DNA of 21,800 nt, from IMG/VR virus record IMGVR_UViG_3300033070_001565, one strand, 5' to 3'. A program made the position numbers and the translations under genes. Within the stretch, counting starts at the first letter, position 1. Each line of letters starts with the position of its first letter. Under the pieces are notes generated by a model. The model ran no database searches. It was not told the origin of the DNA and saw nothing but the letters and a program-made list of their open reading frames with translations. Positions 1 to 9,844 of this stretch are shown one piece after another. This stretch comes from a virus (taxonomy: Duplodnaviria > Heunggongvirae > Uroviricota > Caudoviricetes).

Positions 1-3000
1 TCTGCAGGATTCGTTCTTGGATTTCAAAAAGCTCTCGGACTCACTGATGAACAGATGAAAGAGATGAGAGTGAGATCGATCGCTCTTGGAACATCTCTCG
101 TTCAACAACAAAAAGAGTTCGCAATAACATCTCGCACGATGTCTGAAAAATTCGGACTCTCCGCAAAGATGGTCTCGCGAGATATGGCTGCACTTGCGAA
201 GTCAATGTCTTCGTCAAATCTTTCGACAACTGCTCTTGCAACTGCCGCAACGTATATGCAAAAGCTGGGCATTGAGTCGAACAAGGTTGTCGAAGCAATG
301 AAAAAATTCGACACGCTTGAGGGAGGAGCAGAAGCAGCATCTCAGCTTGCTCAGGCATTCGGTGCATCTGTTGATGCGTTCGATCTCATGAATACAGATG
401 ATCTTACGGAGAGATTTGCAAAACTCCAGAAGCAGGTAGGTCAGTCTGGATATTCATTCGAGTCAATGAATCGTCAACAGAGAGAGGTTCTTAAGAGTAT
501 TACAGGTCTCGATGACGAAACAATCGCCCTCGGCTTCTCTCAAAAGGGCCTCGCAATGTCTTATGAAGACGTTCAGAAAGAGGCTGCAAAATCTGGCAAG
601 CAGCAGATGTCGACTGCTGACGCTCTGAAGAGAGTTGCTGATCAGATTGAAAGAATGATTCAGTCTGGTGGAAATCTGGGTTCTGGCAACTATGTTACGA
701 GATTCTTCCAAGGATTCGAGGCAGGAATCGAGAACTCGAGAGAGTTCATGAAGCTCCTCATGAATGTAAAGATCACTCTGAGGGACACGTACCTTGCTGG
801 TGCACAGGCTGGCAGAGCATTTGTTGCATCATTCCCGGGTGTTAAAGACGCATTCACATCGCTTGCAGCTCTCTTCGATCCAAAGAGATTTAAGGTGATG
901 CTGAATGGCATTGTCTCTGCGTTCGGAGAATTCTCGAAGAGCATCGGAGGTAAGGGAGAAAATTCTGTTGGAATGCTGTATCAGAATATAAGAGACAGCT
1001 TCTTGAAGTGGTTCGATCTCTCTTCTCCATCTGGTACGAAAACAGTTGAATCAATAAAGAAATTTCTTGAAACGTTTGCAAAGGTTGCTCTCCAGGGAGT
1101 CAAATTCCTAGGAGAGGGAATAGCAGATGGAATCGTAACGATTGGAGCTGCGCTAACGGGAAAGAATCTAGGAAAAGCAGGTGGAGCAACAAGTGCAGCA
1201 ATGGAATGGGTTTCAAACACTTTTGGACCTATTCTTACAGAACTTTGGAAACAAGTAAAAATAATCGTTCCTGTACTGATAGATGTAGGAATCGACTTGT
1301 TGAAAAGATTTGGTGAAGCGATCATGGAGGATCCTCTCAAGTCTTACACATACAAGATCGGAGGAGCACTGGCACTTGCGATCATGGGACCTGGTATGCT
1401 AAGAGGATTCGCTCAAGCGACTCCTTCCCTTATAATGTCATCAGCAAAGGGTATTATCTCTCTAGCTGGATCTGGTCTCACAAAAGCAGCAGCAGCGCAA
1501 GCTGCGGGAGCAGTCTCTGGGGTTGGGGCAGTTCAGGCTGCCGCTGGACAAGCAGCTACCATTGCATCGAAAACAACGGGCCAACAACTTGCGTCTTTCG
1601 GAAAGGGACTCGCTACACTCGGAGCTGTTCTGGTAGCTGTCGGTGCACTCGGATTCATAATGATCAAACTCGCTGAACAGGCGAAAGGACTTGAATTCTC
1701 TGATATTGCTAAGGTTGTCGGAGGCGTTGTTGCAATATCGGTCGCAATGATGCCGCTTGCGCTTGCAATGAAGATTGTCTCAGCGGTACCGCTTGGCGAC
1801 GTCGTAAAGGGAGGTGCTGCTCTCACGGTCATGGCTGCTGTGATTGGCGCAATGACTCTCGGACTCATGGTACTGTCGAAGATAGAGTTTGATCCAAAAG
1901 GAATCGCAGTCGTTGCTGATGTTGCAATGACGGTTACAAAACTTTCTCTTCTTGCTAGCGTTCTAGCTGCAGCTGCAGCTGGAATCGGTCTCATCGCTTC
2001 AAACCCTGCCGGGACAGCTGCAATGGCAACAGGGCTAGCTGTCATTGGGCTCATGGTCACTGCGATTGGAGCTTCAACTGTAATCCTGATCGAGACAGCT
2101 GCGCGGATGCCAGCCCCAGAATCCGTCAAAGGAAAACTTGAGATCATGTCGATCGCAACAGGTGTGATCAAGGACTTCGCCGGATCGATAGGCGGTATCA
2201 TGTCAGCTGCTGCACCGTCGCTTGCAGAGATGTTGAAGACGGGACCAAGTTTCACAGAGAAACTTAATTCGATGTCGAAGTTCATCTCAGGATTTGGCAA
2301 ATCGCTCATTGATATCACAACGCAAGTTATGGATATCGTTGTCGGCTTCAGTCCAAAGATGTCGACTCAGGTAAAGGAATCAGCATCACTGATATCATCA
2401 ATGCTCAGTGCGGTTGGCGGTCTTGCTATGGCACTGAGACCACCTCCTGAGCTTGTTTCGGCTGGATTGCTCGATCAAGTATTCAATGGAGGAGTCGTCG
2501 GAAATCTTGCTGCAATGTCTCAGTATATGACAATGCTTACAGAGAATTTGAAGAGCGTTCTCATTAACATCGTCAACAGAGTAAAAGAACTTGCAGCTGG
2601 ACTTCCGTCTGATCCAGGCAAGCTGAAGGGCATGGAGATTGTCACTCAGCTCATCGGATCAATAGGCTCAATCGCTCAATCTATTGTCCCGTCCGGAGAC
2701 GCAATCAAGTCTCTCTCTTCTGTTGTCGATGGAATTGCAGGAAAATTTGGAGCCGTTTCTGGTGACACAAAGAAATTCGACGCTCTTACTGCAATCATTG
2801 AGGCAAACGGAAACATCGTAAAGGCAGTCGTTCCAGAGCTTGTCAGTGGAACTCTTGCCGGCGCAATTGCAGCAGCTGGTCAAATGTCTCCAAAACAGCT
2901 TGAGGGTACGAAGGCTGTCATTTCCGTTGCATCTGGTCTTGCTGGTCTGTTCAATTCAATCTCCAGCGTCCTGAAGTCGACACCACAAGTGACTCTTGAA

Positions 3001-3999
3001 AAGAAAGATGGAGACAAGCTTACAAAGATAACGACTGCATCTGCAGGCCTAGGCGAGACACTGACAGACTTCGCTGTACAGCTTCCTGGAATTATCAAGT
3101 CTCTCGTTGGATTCGATGTTGGTGTCGACAAGGGTGCGCTTGAAAGAGCGAATGGAATCGGTCAGCTCGCAGGGTCTCTTTCGAAGGTTTTTGAAGCTGT
3201 TGGAAAGCTCTCTACTGCTGCTCCAGCGGATGGTGGAGCTGTTGCCGGAATTGCATCTGCTGCAAACACACTAAACACTCTCTTCTCTCAGTCTGAGGGT
3301 GCATTCGGAACGAATGTGGGGCCACTGAGGGCTGTTGTCAACGTGCTGACAAATGATTCTATCTCTTTTGACGCCGCAATACAATCAGGAGCAGCTGCAA
3401 ACGTTGGAATGGTCGACCTTACGACTGTGATATCCGGAATGAGCGCAAATCTTGTTGCGCTCTCAAGCGCAGCTCCACCGGCAGAGATACCATCCCAGCT
3501 CGCCGGAATAGCAACGACGATTGGAGCGTCAACAGAAGCAATCGAACAGATTGGTACTGCGATACAAGGTTGGGCGGCTGGATTTGCTGGAATGGCAGAT
3601 GCAGTAAACTCTAATGCAATCGCTCCCGCGATTGGTGCTATCGCAGATGTTGTCGCGAAGGTTAACGAACTGAATGACACTCTTGCAAACGCTGATGGTA
3701 ACAGAATCAGAATGACGACACGTCTTGAAAAATTTGCTGCGAACTCAGGCTTGGGATCGAAAGCAAAGTACGAGATCAAAAACAAGGACGTCAACATCTC
3801 GATCGATCTCAAGGTCGTGATGGAAGCTGGAAAGACAGAGCAAGTTCTCATTGAACGCAAGTCTTCTGTGATCAGACAGCATCTCGTTAATGCAACGTAC
3901 AGTGGTACGAATGGCGATGAGCAGGGCGGATCGACATTCCCGTCAAAAACTCTCACATCTCCAAATCTCCCTAACTTAGATTGCAAGTATGGACAATGA
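1..3999 (+). CDS. tail tape-measure-like giant structural protein, 5'-partial (frame open to nt 1)
   Basis: Frame 1 has no stop between nt 1 and the listed ATG at 55 (SAGFVLGFQKALGLTDEQ MKEM...), so the gene probably begins upstream of the window. It is over 1314 aa. The helical N-terminal part (GLSAKMVSRDMAALAKSMSSS...ATYMQKLGIES) resembles tape-measure core regions. A central block of about 280 aa (about nt 1370-2215) is Ala/Gly/Val/Ile/Leu-rich, nearly charge-free, and has several TM-length hydrophobic runs. Translationally coupled tail-type genes follow. The function is inferred from composition and position, not from verified homology. Confidence 0.7.
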   Translation, partial: SAGFVLGFQKALGLTDEQMKEMRVRSIALGTSLVQQQKEFAITSRTMSEKFGLSAKMVSRDMAALAKSMSSSNLSTTALATAATYMQKLGIESNKVVEAMKKFDTLEGGAEAASQLAQAFGASVDAFDLMNTDDLTERFAKLQKQVGQSGYSFESMNRQQREVLKSITGLDDETIALGFSQKGLAMSYEDVQKEAAKSGKQQMSTADALKRVADQIERMIQSGGNLGSGNYVTRFFQGFEAGIENSREFMKLLMNVKITLRDTYLAGAQAGRAFVASFPGVKDAFTSLAALFDPKRFKVMLNGIVSAFGEFSKSIGGKGENSVGMLYQNIRDSFLKWFDLSSPSGTKTVESIKKFLETFAKVALQGVKFLGEGIADGIVTIGAALTGKNLGKAGGATSAAMEWVSNTFGPILTELWKQVKIIVPVLIDVGIDLLKRFGEAIMEDPLKSYTYKIGGALALAIMGPGMLRGFAQATPSLIMSSAKGIISLAGSGLTKAAAAQAAGAVSGVGAVQAAAGQAATIASKTTGQQLASFGKGLATLGAVLVAVGALGFIMIKLAEQAKGLEFSDIAKVVGGVVAISVAMMPLALAMKIVSAVPLGDVVKGGAALTVMAAVIGAMTLGLMVLSKIEFDPKGIAVVADVAMTVTKLSLLASVLAAAAAGIGLIASNPAGTAAMATGLAVIGLMVTAIGASTVILIETAARMPAPESVKGKLEIMSIATGVIKDFAGSIGGIMSAAAPSLAEMLKTGPSFTEKLNSMSKFISGFGKSLIDITTQVMDIVVGFSPKMSTQVKESASLISSMLSAVGGLAMALRPPPELVSAGLLDQVFNGGVVGNLAAMSQYMTMLTENLKSVLINIVNRVKELAAGLPSDPGKLKGMEIVTQLIGSIGSIAQSIVPSGDAIKSLSSVVDGIAGKFGAVSGDTKKFDALTAIIEANGNIVKAVVPELVSGTLAGAIAAAGQMSPKQLEGTKAVISVASGLAGLFNSISSVLKSTPQVTLEKKDGDKLTKITTASAGLGETLTDFAVQLPGIIKSLVGFDVGVDKGALERANGIGQLAGSLSKVFEAVGKLSTAAPADGGAVAGIASAANTLNTLFSQSEGAFGTNVGPLRAVVNVLTNDSISFDAAIQSGAAANVGMVDLTTVISGMSANLVALSSAAPPAEIPSQLAGIATTIGASTEAIEQIGTAIQGWAAGFAGMADAVNSNAIAPAIGAIADVVAKVNELNDTLANADGNRIRMTTRLEKFAANSGLGSKAKYEIKNKDVNISIDLKVVMEAGKTEQVLIERKSSVIRQHLVNATYSGTNGDEQGGSTFPSKTLTSPNLPNLDCKYGQ

Positions 4000-4216
4000 A
4001 GTTAGAGTGTATCTTGAACAAATTTTTGGGTCCGGGGCTTGGAACATTCTTTCTGGTTCGATTCCACCAGATGAGGCAAAAAAAGTTGAGAAATCTACTG
4101 AGGACTTCGTTAGAAACTTTTGTATCCCATTCGAATCTGCAACAAAAAAGATAACAAATAATCCTGAATTGGTAGCTCAGCTGGCAAAAAAGTTGTCAGA
4201 AACAAAATTAGATTAA
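3989..4216 (+). CDS. small hypothetical protein (75 aa), translationally coupled between two structural genes
   Basis: The ATG overlaps the upstream gene end by 11 nt. Its TAA overlaps the next ATG (TAATG at 4214-4218). The sequence is charged and helical. I recognise no motif. Confidence 0.55.
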   Translation: MDNEVRVYLEQIFGSGAWNILSGSIPPDEAKKVEKSTEDFVRNFCIPFESATKKITNNPELVAQLAKKLSETKLD

Positions 4217-6654
4217 TGGCAACTCTGACAAATGATCCAGCGGTAAAACCTGCTCGCAGAGCCACGCTGGGAACTCTTCTAAAGGTCGGACCTACTGCTA
4301 TTGCACGTGGCGCTGCAGAGCTATCGTCATTTGATTCTGGATACAACGTAACTTCAGACGGTGCGAAACTTAAATCAGTACTTCCAGGATTCACAGAGCT
4401 GGCTCTAAAAAGAGTCGAGGCACGTGAACTTGAGGCTGGAAATATTCTTGAATCTCTCCTGTCGTCGCCGGATACTGGCGTTACAGAGATTTCGATCACA
4501 GATTCATGGGGAAATATCAACTCAGATTTGCAGCCGTATGATGGTCCTCTCGTTCCAGGAGGGATGCTTGTACTCGCAACCACTCTTACGCTGGCAGTTG
4601 GAACTTCTCTTACACTACTTTCAAACCTTGCAGGAATTGCAACTGGACGACAGGTTGAACGTACCGGGCCGAACGGACGAGGCTACAAGGGAAAAAGCTA
4701 TAAATTTGCAGATGGTAATGGAGGACTATTTTCAACAGATAGCATCAAATCGTACATCACGGACGCACTTGGTATTCGTCCGACAACTCGCGATTATTTC
4801 GAATGCGTGAAAGCAGGTTTTGCAACTGTCGTTGGAGCAGATATATCTGGAGGTGGTCTTCTACAACAGCTCACGCAATCTTTCAAAAAATTGGCAGAGT
4901 CTCCTGGATATTACGTTGTTCTGTTTCGTACTGTCACTCGTGATGCTGTTAGACTTGCTGACGTTGTAAAATCAATGGGGTCATCGCCTCTTCAAATCGT
5001 TGATGGCGTCGCAGACGTGATAAGATTTATTAGAGGATCGAAGATCATCGCAATGATGAATGTTTTTGCAATGATCGGCGATCTCGCGCTTGCTGCAAAA
5101 GATGCAAGGGAGCGTATTGGAAGTCTAGACAACGAAGAGTATCCAATCGATGCTCCAAAAGCAGAGTTTATAAGAGCATATGCTGGAAATTCTGGTAAGA
5201 AGCTCGCATGGGCCGGCGATCGTGCAAGATCACATCTTTTGCTTCCTGAGAGAATTCTTGCAGCGCATCAAACATTCGCAAGGGATCGATCATACATGGC
5301 TGCAACGTCTCTCAAACTACAGAGAATGTATAATCCTGCAATTGATCACGACTCTCTAACACTCACAGATCAAGATATCAGCAACCGTGGCAGAATCGCG
5401 GATGATTTGAGAATTGAAATTGAAAAGCAACTCGATTCTCAATACGTTCCATTTTACTTTCATGATGTTAGAACAAACGAAATAATCTCGTTTCATGCAT
5501 TTTTGACATCGCTCACTGACGATTATTCTCCATCGTGGGATGGTACAGATCCGTATGGAAGAATCGATCAAGTAAAAATTTACAAAAGCACTGGTAGAAA
5601 AATATCTGTCTCGTTCTATGTTGTCGCAACGAACGAAGAAGATATGGATGAGATGTATCTGAAGATTAACAAACTTGTCACGATGGTGTACCCTCAGTGG
5701 TCTCGCGGAGATATTTTTGCAACTTCGGATGGCAACAATCGATTCACTCAACCCTTTACTCAGACTCCAACTGCGTCTCCGCTTATCAGAATGAGACTGG
5801 GAGATTTGATTCAGTCGAACTATTCAAAATTCGCGCTAGCGAGATTGTTTGGTGCAGGAGAAATAGGCGCACTCAAAATCAATGGAAATGAACTCACTCA
5901 ATCTCAGGTTGACGAAGTTTCAAAAGACATTCAAAGAGATATCGTTTCTCAATCTGAGCGTTTGCAATCATCTGGTGGCACAAACAGAATCGTATTTCAA
6001 ATAAGACCATCGTACGGGGGTGTGCCTATCGAATCAATGAGATCTGGAGGGATAAAACTGTCAATTCCTCTGCCGATTCCATCTGCTGGAGGAGGAATTG
6101 ACACGATATCATTTCCCGCTCACGAGCTCGAGGCTTTGAAAGTTAAGGTCATATCTGTGAGCTCAGATGATATGGCTGAAATTCAGTTTCAGATCAGAGA
6201 TTCATATTCAGGAAAGATTCCAACTCTTGAAGACAAGATTAATACGATTGCATCGAAAACGTATGTTGTGCCGATTCACTATCTTCAAGAGATATCAGCA
6301 TCTGATGGCACGCTTAATCCATCATCGAGTCCATATGATACGTCTGTGATCGAATTTTTCTCTGAAGAGAAGAACACGATTGTGAGATCTTTTAAATCGT
6401 CTGGTGGTAGAGGAATCGCTTGTACAATAGACTCGCTGAACCTTGACTGGTGGGATGGTAATAAAATCGGATGGGAGACGTATTCAATTGGAAAATGCGC
6501 TCCAAAGATGTGTCTTGTAAAAATAGCTATAACGCCGATCCACGATATTGCACCGGGAATCGATCACCGCGGATTCAATAGAGCTCCAGTGTATCCTGTT
6601 GGTTACTTTGGTCACGATTCAATCAAATCAGGAGAATTAGATGGCATTCAGTAG
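4216..6654 (+). CDS. virion structural protein (tail/baseplate-associated), function unknown
   Basis: This 812-aa ORF is start-coupled to the upstream stop and overlaps the next gene by 14 nt. The internal segment YVPFYFHDVRTNEIISFHAFLTSLTDDYSPSWDG..GRIDQVKIYKSTGRKISVSFYVVATNEEDMDEMYLKINKLVTMVYP (about nt 5443-5700) loosely resembles the VPFY...GR...P pattern of Mu gp43 (DNA-circulation N-terminal) and tube-fold baseplate proteins. That resemblance is weak and unverified. Confidence 0.75.
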   Translation: MATLTNDPAVKPARRATLGTLLKVGPTAIARGAAELSSFDSGYNVTSDGAKLKSVLPGFTELALKRVEARELEAGNILESLLSSPDTGVTEISITDSWGNINSDLQPYDGPLVPGGMLVLATTLTLAVGTSLTLLSNLAGIATGRQVERTGPNGRGYKGKSYKFADGNGGLFSTDSIKSYITDALGIRPTTRDYFECVKAGFATVVGADISGGGLLQQLTQSFKKLAESPGYYVVLFRTVTRDAVRLADVVKSMGSSPLQIVDGVADVIRFIRGSKIIAMMNVFAMIGDLALAAKDARERIGSLDNEEYPIDAPKAEFIRAYAGNSGKKLAWAGDRARSHLLLPERILAAHQTFARDRSYMAATSLKLQRMYNPAIDHDSLTLTDQDISNRGRIADDLRIEIEKQLDSQYVPFYFHDVRTNEIISFHAFLTSLTDDYSPSWDGTDPYGRIDQVKIYKSTGRKISVSFYVVATNEEDMDEMYLKINKLVTMVYPQWSRGDIFATSDGNNRFTQPFTQTPTASPLIRMRLGDLIQSNYSKFALARLFGAGEIGALKINGNELTQSQVDEVSKDIQRDIVSQSERLQSSGGTNRIVFQIRPSYGGVPIESMRSGGIKLSIPLPIPSAGGGIDTISFPAHELEALKVKVISVSSDDMAEIQFQIRDSYSGKIPTLEDKINTIASKTYVVPIHYLQEISASDGTLNPSSSPYDTSVIEFFSEEKNTIVRSFKSSGGRGIACTIDSLNLDWWDGNKIGWETYSIGKCAPKMCLVKIAITPIHDIAPGIDHRGFNRAPVYPVGYFGHDSIKSGELDGIQ

Positions 6655-6934
6655 ATACGCTAGATCAGCCAGATTGGGCCAGGGATCTTATCTCGGCACA
6701 TCGGCCGCTCAGATAACGATCAGGAGAGCAGTAGAGCAGAGCGCGGTCGATTACAGACAGTTTGTCTCGAGAGAGGGAGACCGTCTTGAGACGCTTGCAA
6801 ATCAGTTCTATGGATCAGGTGATCTCTGGTGGGTCATAGCAGCTGCCAGTGGCATTGGCTGGGGGCTACAGATGCCTCCAGGAACACTCTTGAATATCCC
6901 TGATATAGGTCAGGTGGCTCAACTTGTCGGGTGA
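6641..6934 (+). CDS. LysM-like tail protein X family protein
   Basis: SREGDRLETLANQFYGSGDLWWVIAAASGIGWGLQMPPGTLLNIPD fits the GDTLDxIAxxxYG....AN......PxGTxLxIPD pattern of P2 gpX / LysM-like baseplate proteins. It has one of the few good Shine-Dalgarno sites in the window (AGGAG at 6630-6634, 6 nt before the ATG). Confidence 0.7.
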   Translation: MAFSRYARSARLGQGSYLGTSAAQITIRRAVEQSAVDYRQFVSREGDRLETLANQFYGSGDLWWVIAAASGIGWGLQMPPGTLLNIPDIGQVAQLVG

Positions 6935-6940
6935 TCTAAT

Positions 6941-9799
6941 ATGAACAGCGTATCGCCAGTATCGAAACTCTCTGAGATCTACAGGTACATCTCTCCGAAA
7001 GATTTTGCAGGAAATCTCGCAAACTATGATGTAACTCCATCTGGTCTCGTACCGAACAAATCTGAAGAGGTTACCGGAGACATTGTACCATTCCTTCAGG
7101 GACTTGTCGTAGAAACAAGCAACAATGGTGCTGCTTCAAATGCTGATATTATCGATTCAGTCACGGCATATCTTGCCGGCGCCTCTACTGATGTTGTCAA
7201 GGAGTTTACAAAAAGATTCCTATGCATATCTGACACGCCGGTACCATTCAACTCTGACATTCAAAAACTAAAGAATTTCAAACTTTCAACTCTTATGAAC
7301 GGAAGTGGAGAGAGAGTTGAGTGCTCTACGTACATGATCGGAACTCAGAAAGTAAACATCAATCTGAGAAACACGAATGATATCATGACATTCTCTCGTG
7401 CAATACCAACGCACGAGATGTCGAGATGTGTTCCACATCTAAGGGTACGATTTCTTTATCCATCCGACTCAAGCGGTAGAAATCCAGATGGAAAGCTGCT
7501 CTCACCAGGAATATTGAAATTTCTGAGAGGCGGGGTCAGCATCTCAGACAGATCTGCCGATCTTGCAATGACAGATCCCACGCTAAGACTCAGCGCTGAC
7601 TCTGAACTCGGTCTGACGGGCGCAGCTGCAATACGAGGGTCTTCGAACGGGGGCGGAATGGACATGTTCCTCATGCCGCAGACACTACAAAATTTCGAAG
7701 AGACTGGGCTCGTCGATGGCAGGTTCAACTCTGTAATTGATCCCACACGCCCGTTCATGTCTCTTGAGGAGCTCTCTGTGAAGTGTGTGACTCAGCAAGC
7801 AGGTATGGGTCAGTACAAGACTGCCGAGCTGTCTCTCGTTCTCCACGATAGATCACGTCTACCAGATATTGCTCATCTCATCAAGCCAGATGCTTACGGG
7901 AAGACAATGCTCGATATTGAGTACGGTTGGTCTCATCCCGACGGGATCGGAAGCGATAACATCTACGGTGAGTTTATCAACAGGATCAAATCGAGAGAGA
8001 TATACATGATCAGGAATGCTGGATACGGCATTACGAACACTGGCGAGATGAAGATAACGCTTCATCTCGCAATGAAAGGCGCGACTGAGATGCTGAGATC
8101 TCGCATAAGCCAGTTCGATTACGAGAAAGATCTGAGAGTTCTAACAAATACAATTAGCGAACTCAGGAGAGCGCTCAATCTCAGTGTGCCTGGAGATCCG
8201 AGAGTAACTCAGATTCTCGATGCAGCTGAGCGTGGTGAGAGACCTGCAGATAGTGCAAATTTTCAAAAAGAACTCGATGGACTCCTCTCTGCTCTGAGAT
8301 CGGGATCTTACGCCAGAAAAGGTACTGATGGTGCGTCTGCATCGATCGCTGGGTCTGCTGCGCAAAAACTTGCTGACAAGCTGAAAGAGTTGTATCTCAA
8401 TCCGGATCCTGGAAATACAAAATCGAAACTTACGTTCAAAGAGAGCAGACAAAAAATTGCCGTAGAGACGATCAGAAAGAAATTCGTTCAGTGCGAGACA
8501 GGAATCGACCCATTTTTCCCAGATCCCGCAGATAAGGAAAAATACCCTGCTTTTGCATACAGCCTCGACACTTATAACAAGGGTACAAAAGACGATCCAA
8601 ACGGTCGAAATTCGATCGTATCTTTTGGAAAGTTGTTCTGCACTTTCGCTCTTGGTTCCATAAGAGACACACTGAAGGAGGAGATTGATGAAATACAAGT
8701 TTTCTTTTACCCATTCAGTACCGGCGCCGGCCGTGCTAGTGGGTCTCCAATCGGAATGTTTCCGATTGAAACTTCTGTTATTGACAGAATCATGCAAGAC
8801 AGGGCTCAGAAAACGATGAACGCAGACATGAGCGTTTACGATTTTTTGAATCTCGTGAATGACAAGATTTTTTCCGATCCAAGAACATTTGCATATGGAC
8901 TCTCAGACCTCTACATGCCGAGAACTGCAGATGAAAAAGAAGCACAGCTGAATACAAAAGTTGTCAAGGATTATCCTGCGCTCTCTCGTGCTCTTGATGA
9001 GAGATTGAATCAGTTTGGTGGTACATTCAAGGCTCCTGTTATCAAGATCATTCCTGAGACATTCCCGAAGCGACTGGGTCAGTATGCAGTTGATCCTAAC
9101 AGATTGATTCTACGACTTCATGTTTTCGATGTGCAAGCTGATGCTAACGATGCTGCGATGTCAGTCCTCAAGTCGCTGTCTCTTTCACCGACTGCATTTG
9201 TACCTGGAGCATCATCTCAAGATGATAGCGTAAAGCAGTTCATCGAAAATTTCAAGACCGCAACTGCAAATCTTGTAGGTTTGGGATTCAAAGATATCTC
9301 AATTAATCAGTCATCTGTAGGAAAACAGAATTTTCTTTCCGTCGACGGAAATCCTGAGCTCATCAAGGCTGCAATTACGAAGCTACTGCCTACGATATCG
9401 ATCGGAGGAAACGCATCGATCGTTACAAACATACAGCTCAGTCCGCAGCAAAATGCTCTCATATCATCTGCAAATATGAGAGCAAACGGAGGAGGGCCCG
9501 GGTTCAGGCCCAACGGGTCAGCCGCAGGTGGCTTGCCACTCAGCGTCATACCTGGAGAGATGAGTCTGTCAACGCTGGGATGTACATGGGCGACGATTGG
9601 TCAGAGAATATTTGTCGACTTGAAAACTGGAACGCAGCTCGATAATGCATACGTGTGTACAGGGATCGATCACAAAATTGGTCCTGGAAAATTCGAAACG
9701 AACTGGAAGTTCGCGTGGTACGATGCGTACCCAGCGTATACTTCATTCGTAAGATCAATGCAACAAGTAAACAGATTGCTTGAAAAAGCTTCCGCGTGA
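6941..9799 (+). CDS. large virion structural protein, possible baseplate hub/tail-tip protein (function unverified)
   Basis: This 952-aa uninterrupted ORF lies directly after the gpX-like gene. In P2/Mu-type tails a gpD/hub-type protein sits in that position. I could not confirm any enzymatic motif by eye. Confidence 0.7.
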   Translation: MNSVSPVSKLSEIYRYISPKDFAGNLANYDVTPSGLVPNKSEEVTGDIVPFLQGLVVETSNNGAASNADIIDSVTAYLAGASTDVVKEFTKRFLCISDTPVPFNSDIQKLKNFKLSTLMNGSGERVECSTYMIGTQKVNINLRNTNDIMTFSRAIPTHEMSRCVPHLRVRFLYPSDSSGRNPDGKLLSPGILKFLRGGVSISDRSADLAMTDPTLRLSADSELGLTGAAAIRGSSNGGGMDMFLMPQTLQNFEETGLVDGRFNSVIDPTRPFMSLEELSVKCVTQQAGMGQYKTAELSLVLHDRSRLPDIAHLIKPDAYGKTMLDIEYGWSHPDGIGSDNIYGEFINRIKSREIYMIRNAGYGITNTGEMKITLHLAMKGATEMLRSRISQFDYEKDLRVLTNTISELRRALNLSVPGDPRVTQILDAAERGERPADSANFQKELDGLLSALRSGSYARKGTDGASASIAGSAAQKLADKLKELYLNPDPGNTKSKLTFKESRQKIAVETIRKKFVQCETGIDPFFPDPADKEKYPAFAYSLDTYNKGTKDDPNGRNSIVSFGKLFCTFALGSIRDTLKEEIDEIQVFFYPFSTGAGRASGSPIGMFPIETSVIDRIMQDRAQKTMNADMSVYDFLNLVNDKIFSDPRTFAYGLSDLYMPRTADEKEAQLNTKVVKDYPALSRALDERLNQFGGTFKAPVIKIIPETFPKRLGQYAVDPNRLILRLHVFDVQADANDAAMSVLKSLSLSPTAFVPGASSQDDSVKQFIENFKTATANLVGLGFKDISINQSSVGKQNFLSVDGNPELIKAAITKLLPTISIGGNASIVTNIQLSPQQNALISSANMRANGGGPGFRPNGSAAGGLPLSVIPGEMSLSTLGCTWATIGQRIFVDLKTGTQLDNAYVCTGIDHKIGPGKFETNWKFAWYDAYPAYTSFVRSMQQVNRLLEKASA

Positions 9800-9809
9800 T
9801 AAATTTCTG

Positions 9810-9843
9810 TAAATCTTAAATTCTTAATTGATCTTAAGATTTA
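9810..9843. repeat. AT-only inverted repeat in the 45-nt spacer between the structural and replication modules
   Basis: TAAATCTTAA (9810-9819) and TTAAGATTTA (9834-9843) are perfect reverse complements separated by 14 nt. The repeat ends 1 nt before the GTG start at 9845. There are no G:C pairs and no downstream T-run, so it is a poor intrinsic terminator. It could instead be a protein-binding palindrome or a structure at the translation initiation region. Confidence 0.4.
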
Positions 9844-9844
9844 A

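Noticed and set aside
1533-2318. A long minus-strand ORF (261 aa), and similar antisense ORFs at 3288-3986 (232 aa), 8141-8797 (218 aa), 15142-15732 (196 aa), 4110-4583, 12356-12775, 11130-11486, 19047-19469 and others.
   Set aside because: All lie entirely inside well-supported + strand genes. Their translations are low-complexity (Ala/Ser/Pro/Thr-rich mirror images of GCN/GGN-rich sense codons) or Cys/Arg/Ser-rich nonsense with no motifs. They are typical shadow ORFs.
4424-4810. Same-strand alternative-frame ORFs inside genes (4424-4810, 5697-5891, 6167-6349, 12868-13137, 13402-13662, 17818-18189, 18482-18947, 19781-20161 and others).
   Set aside because: They are embedded out of frame in long ORFs with clear protein-family signatures. 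Their sequences are Arg/Ser/Leu/Cys-rich with no recognisable domain.
9810-9843. The AT palindrome after the 952-aa gene as a rho-independent terminator closing the structural operon.
   Set aside because: The stem is made only of A:T pairs, the loop is 14 nt, and no T-run follows. I retained it as an inverted repeat of unknown, possibly regulatory, role rather than calling it a terminator.
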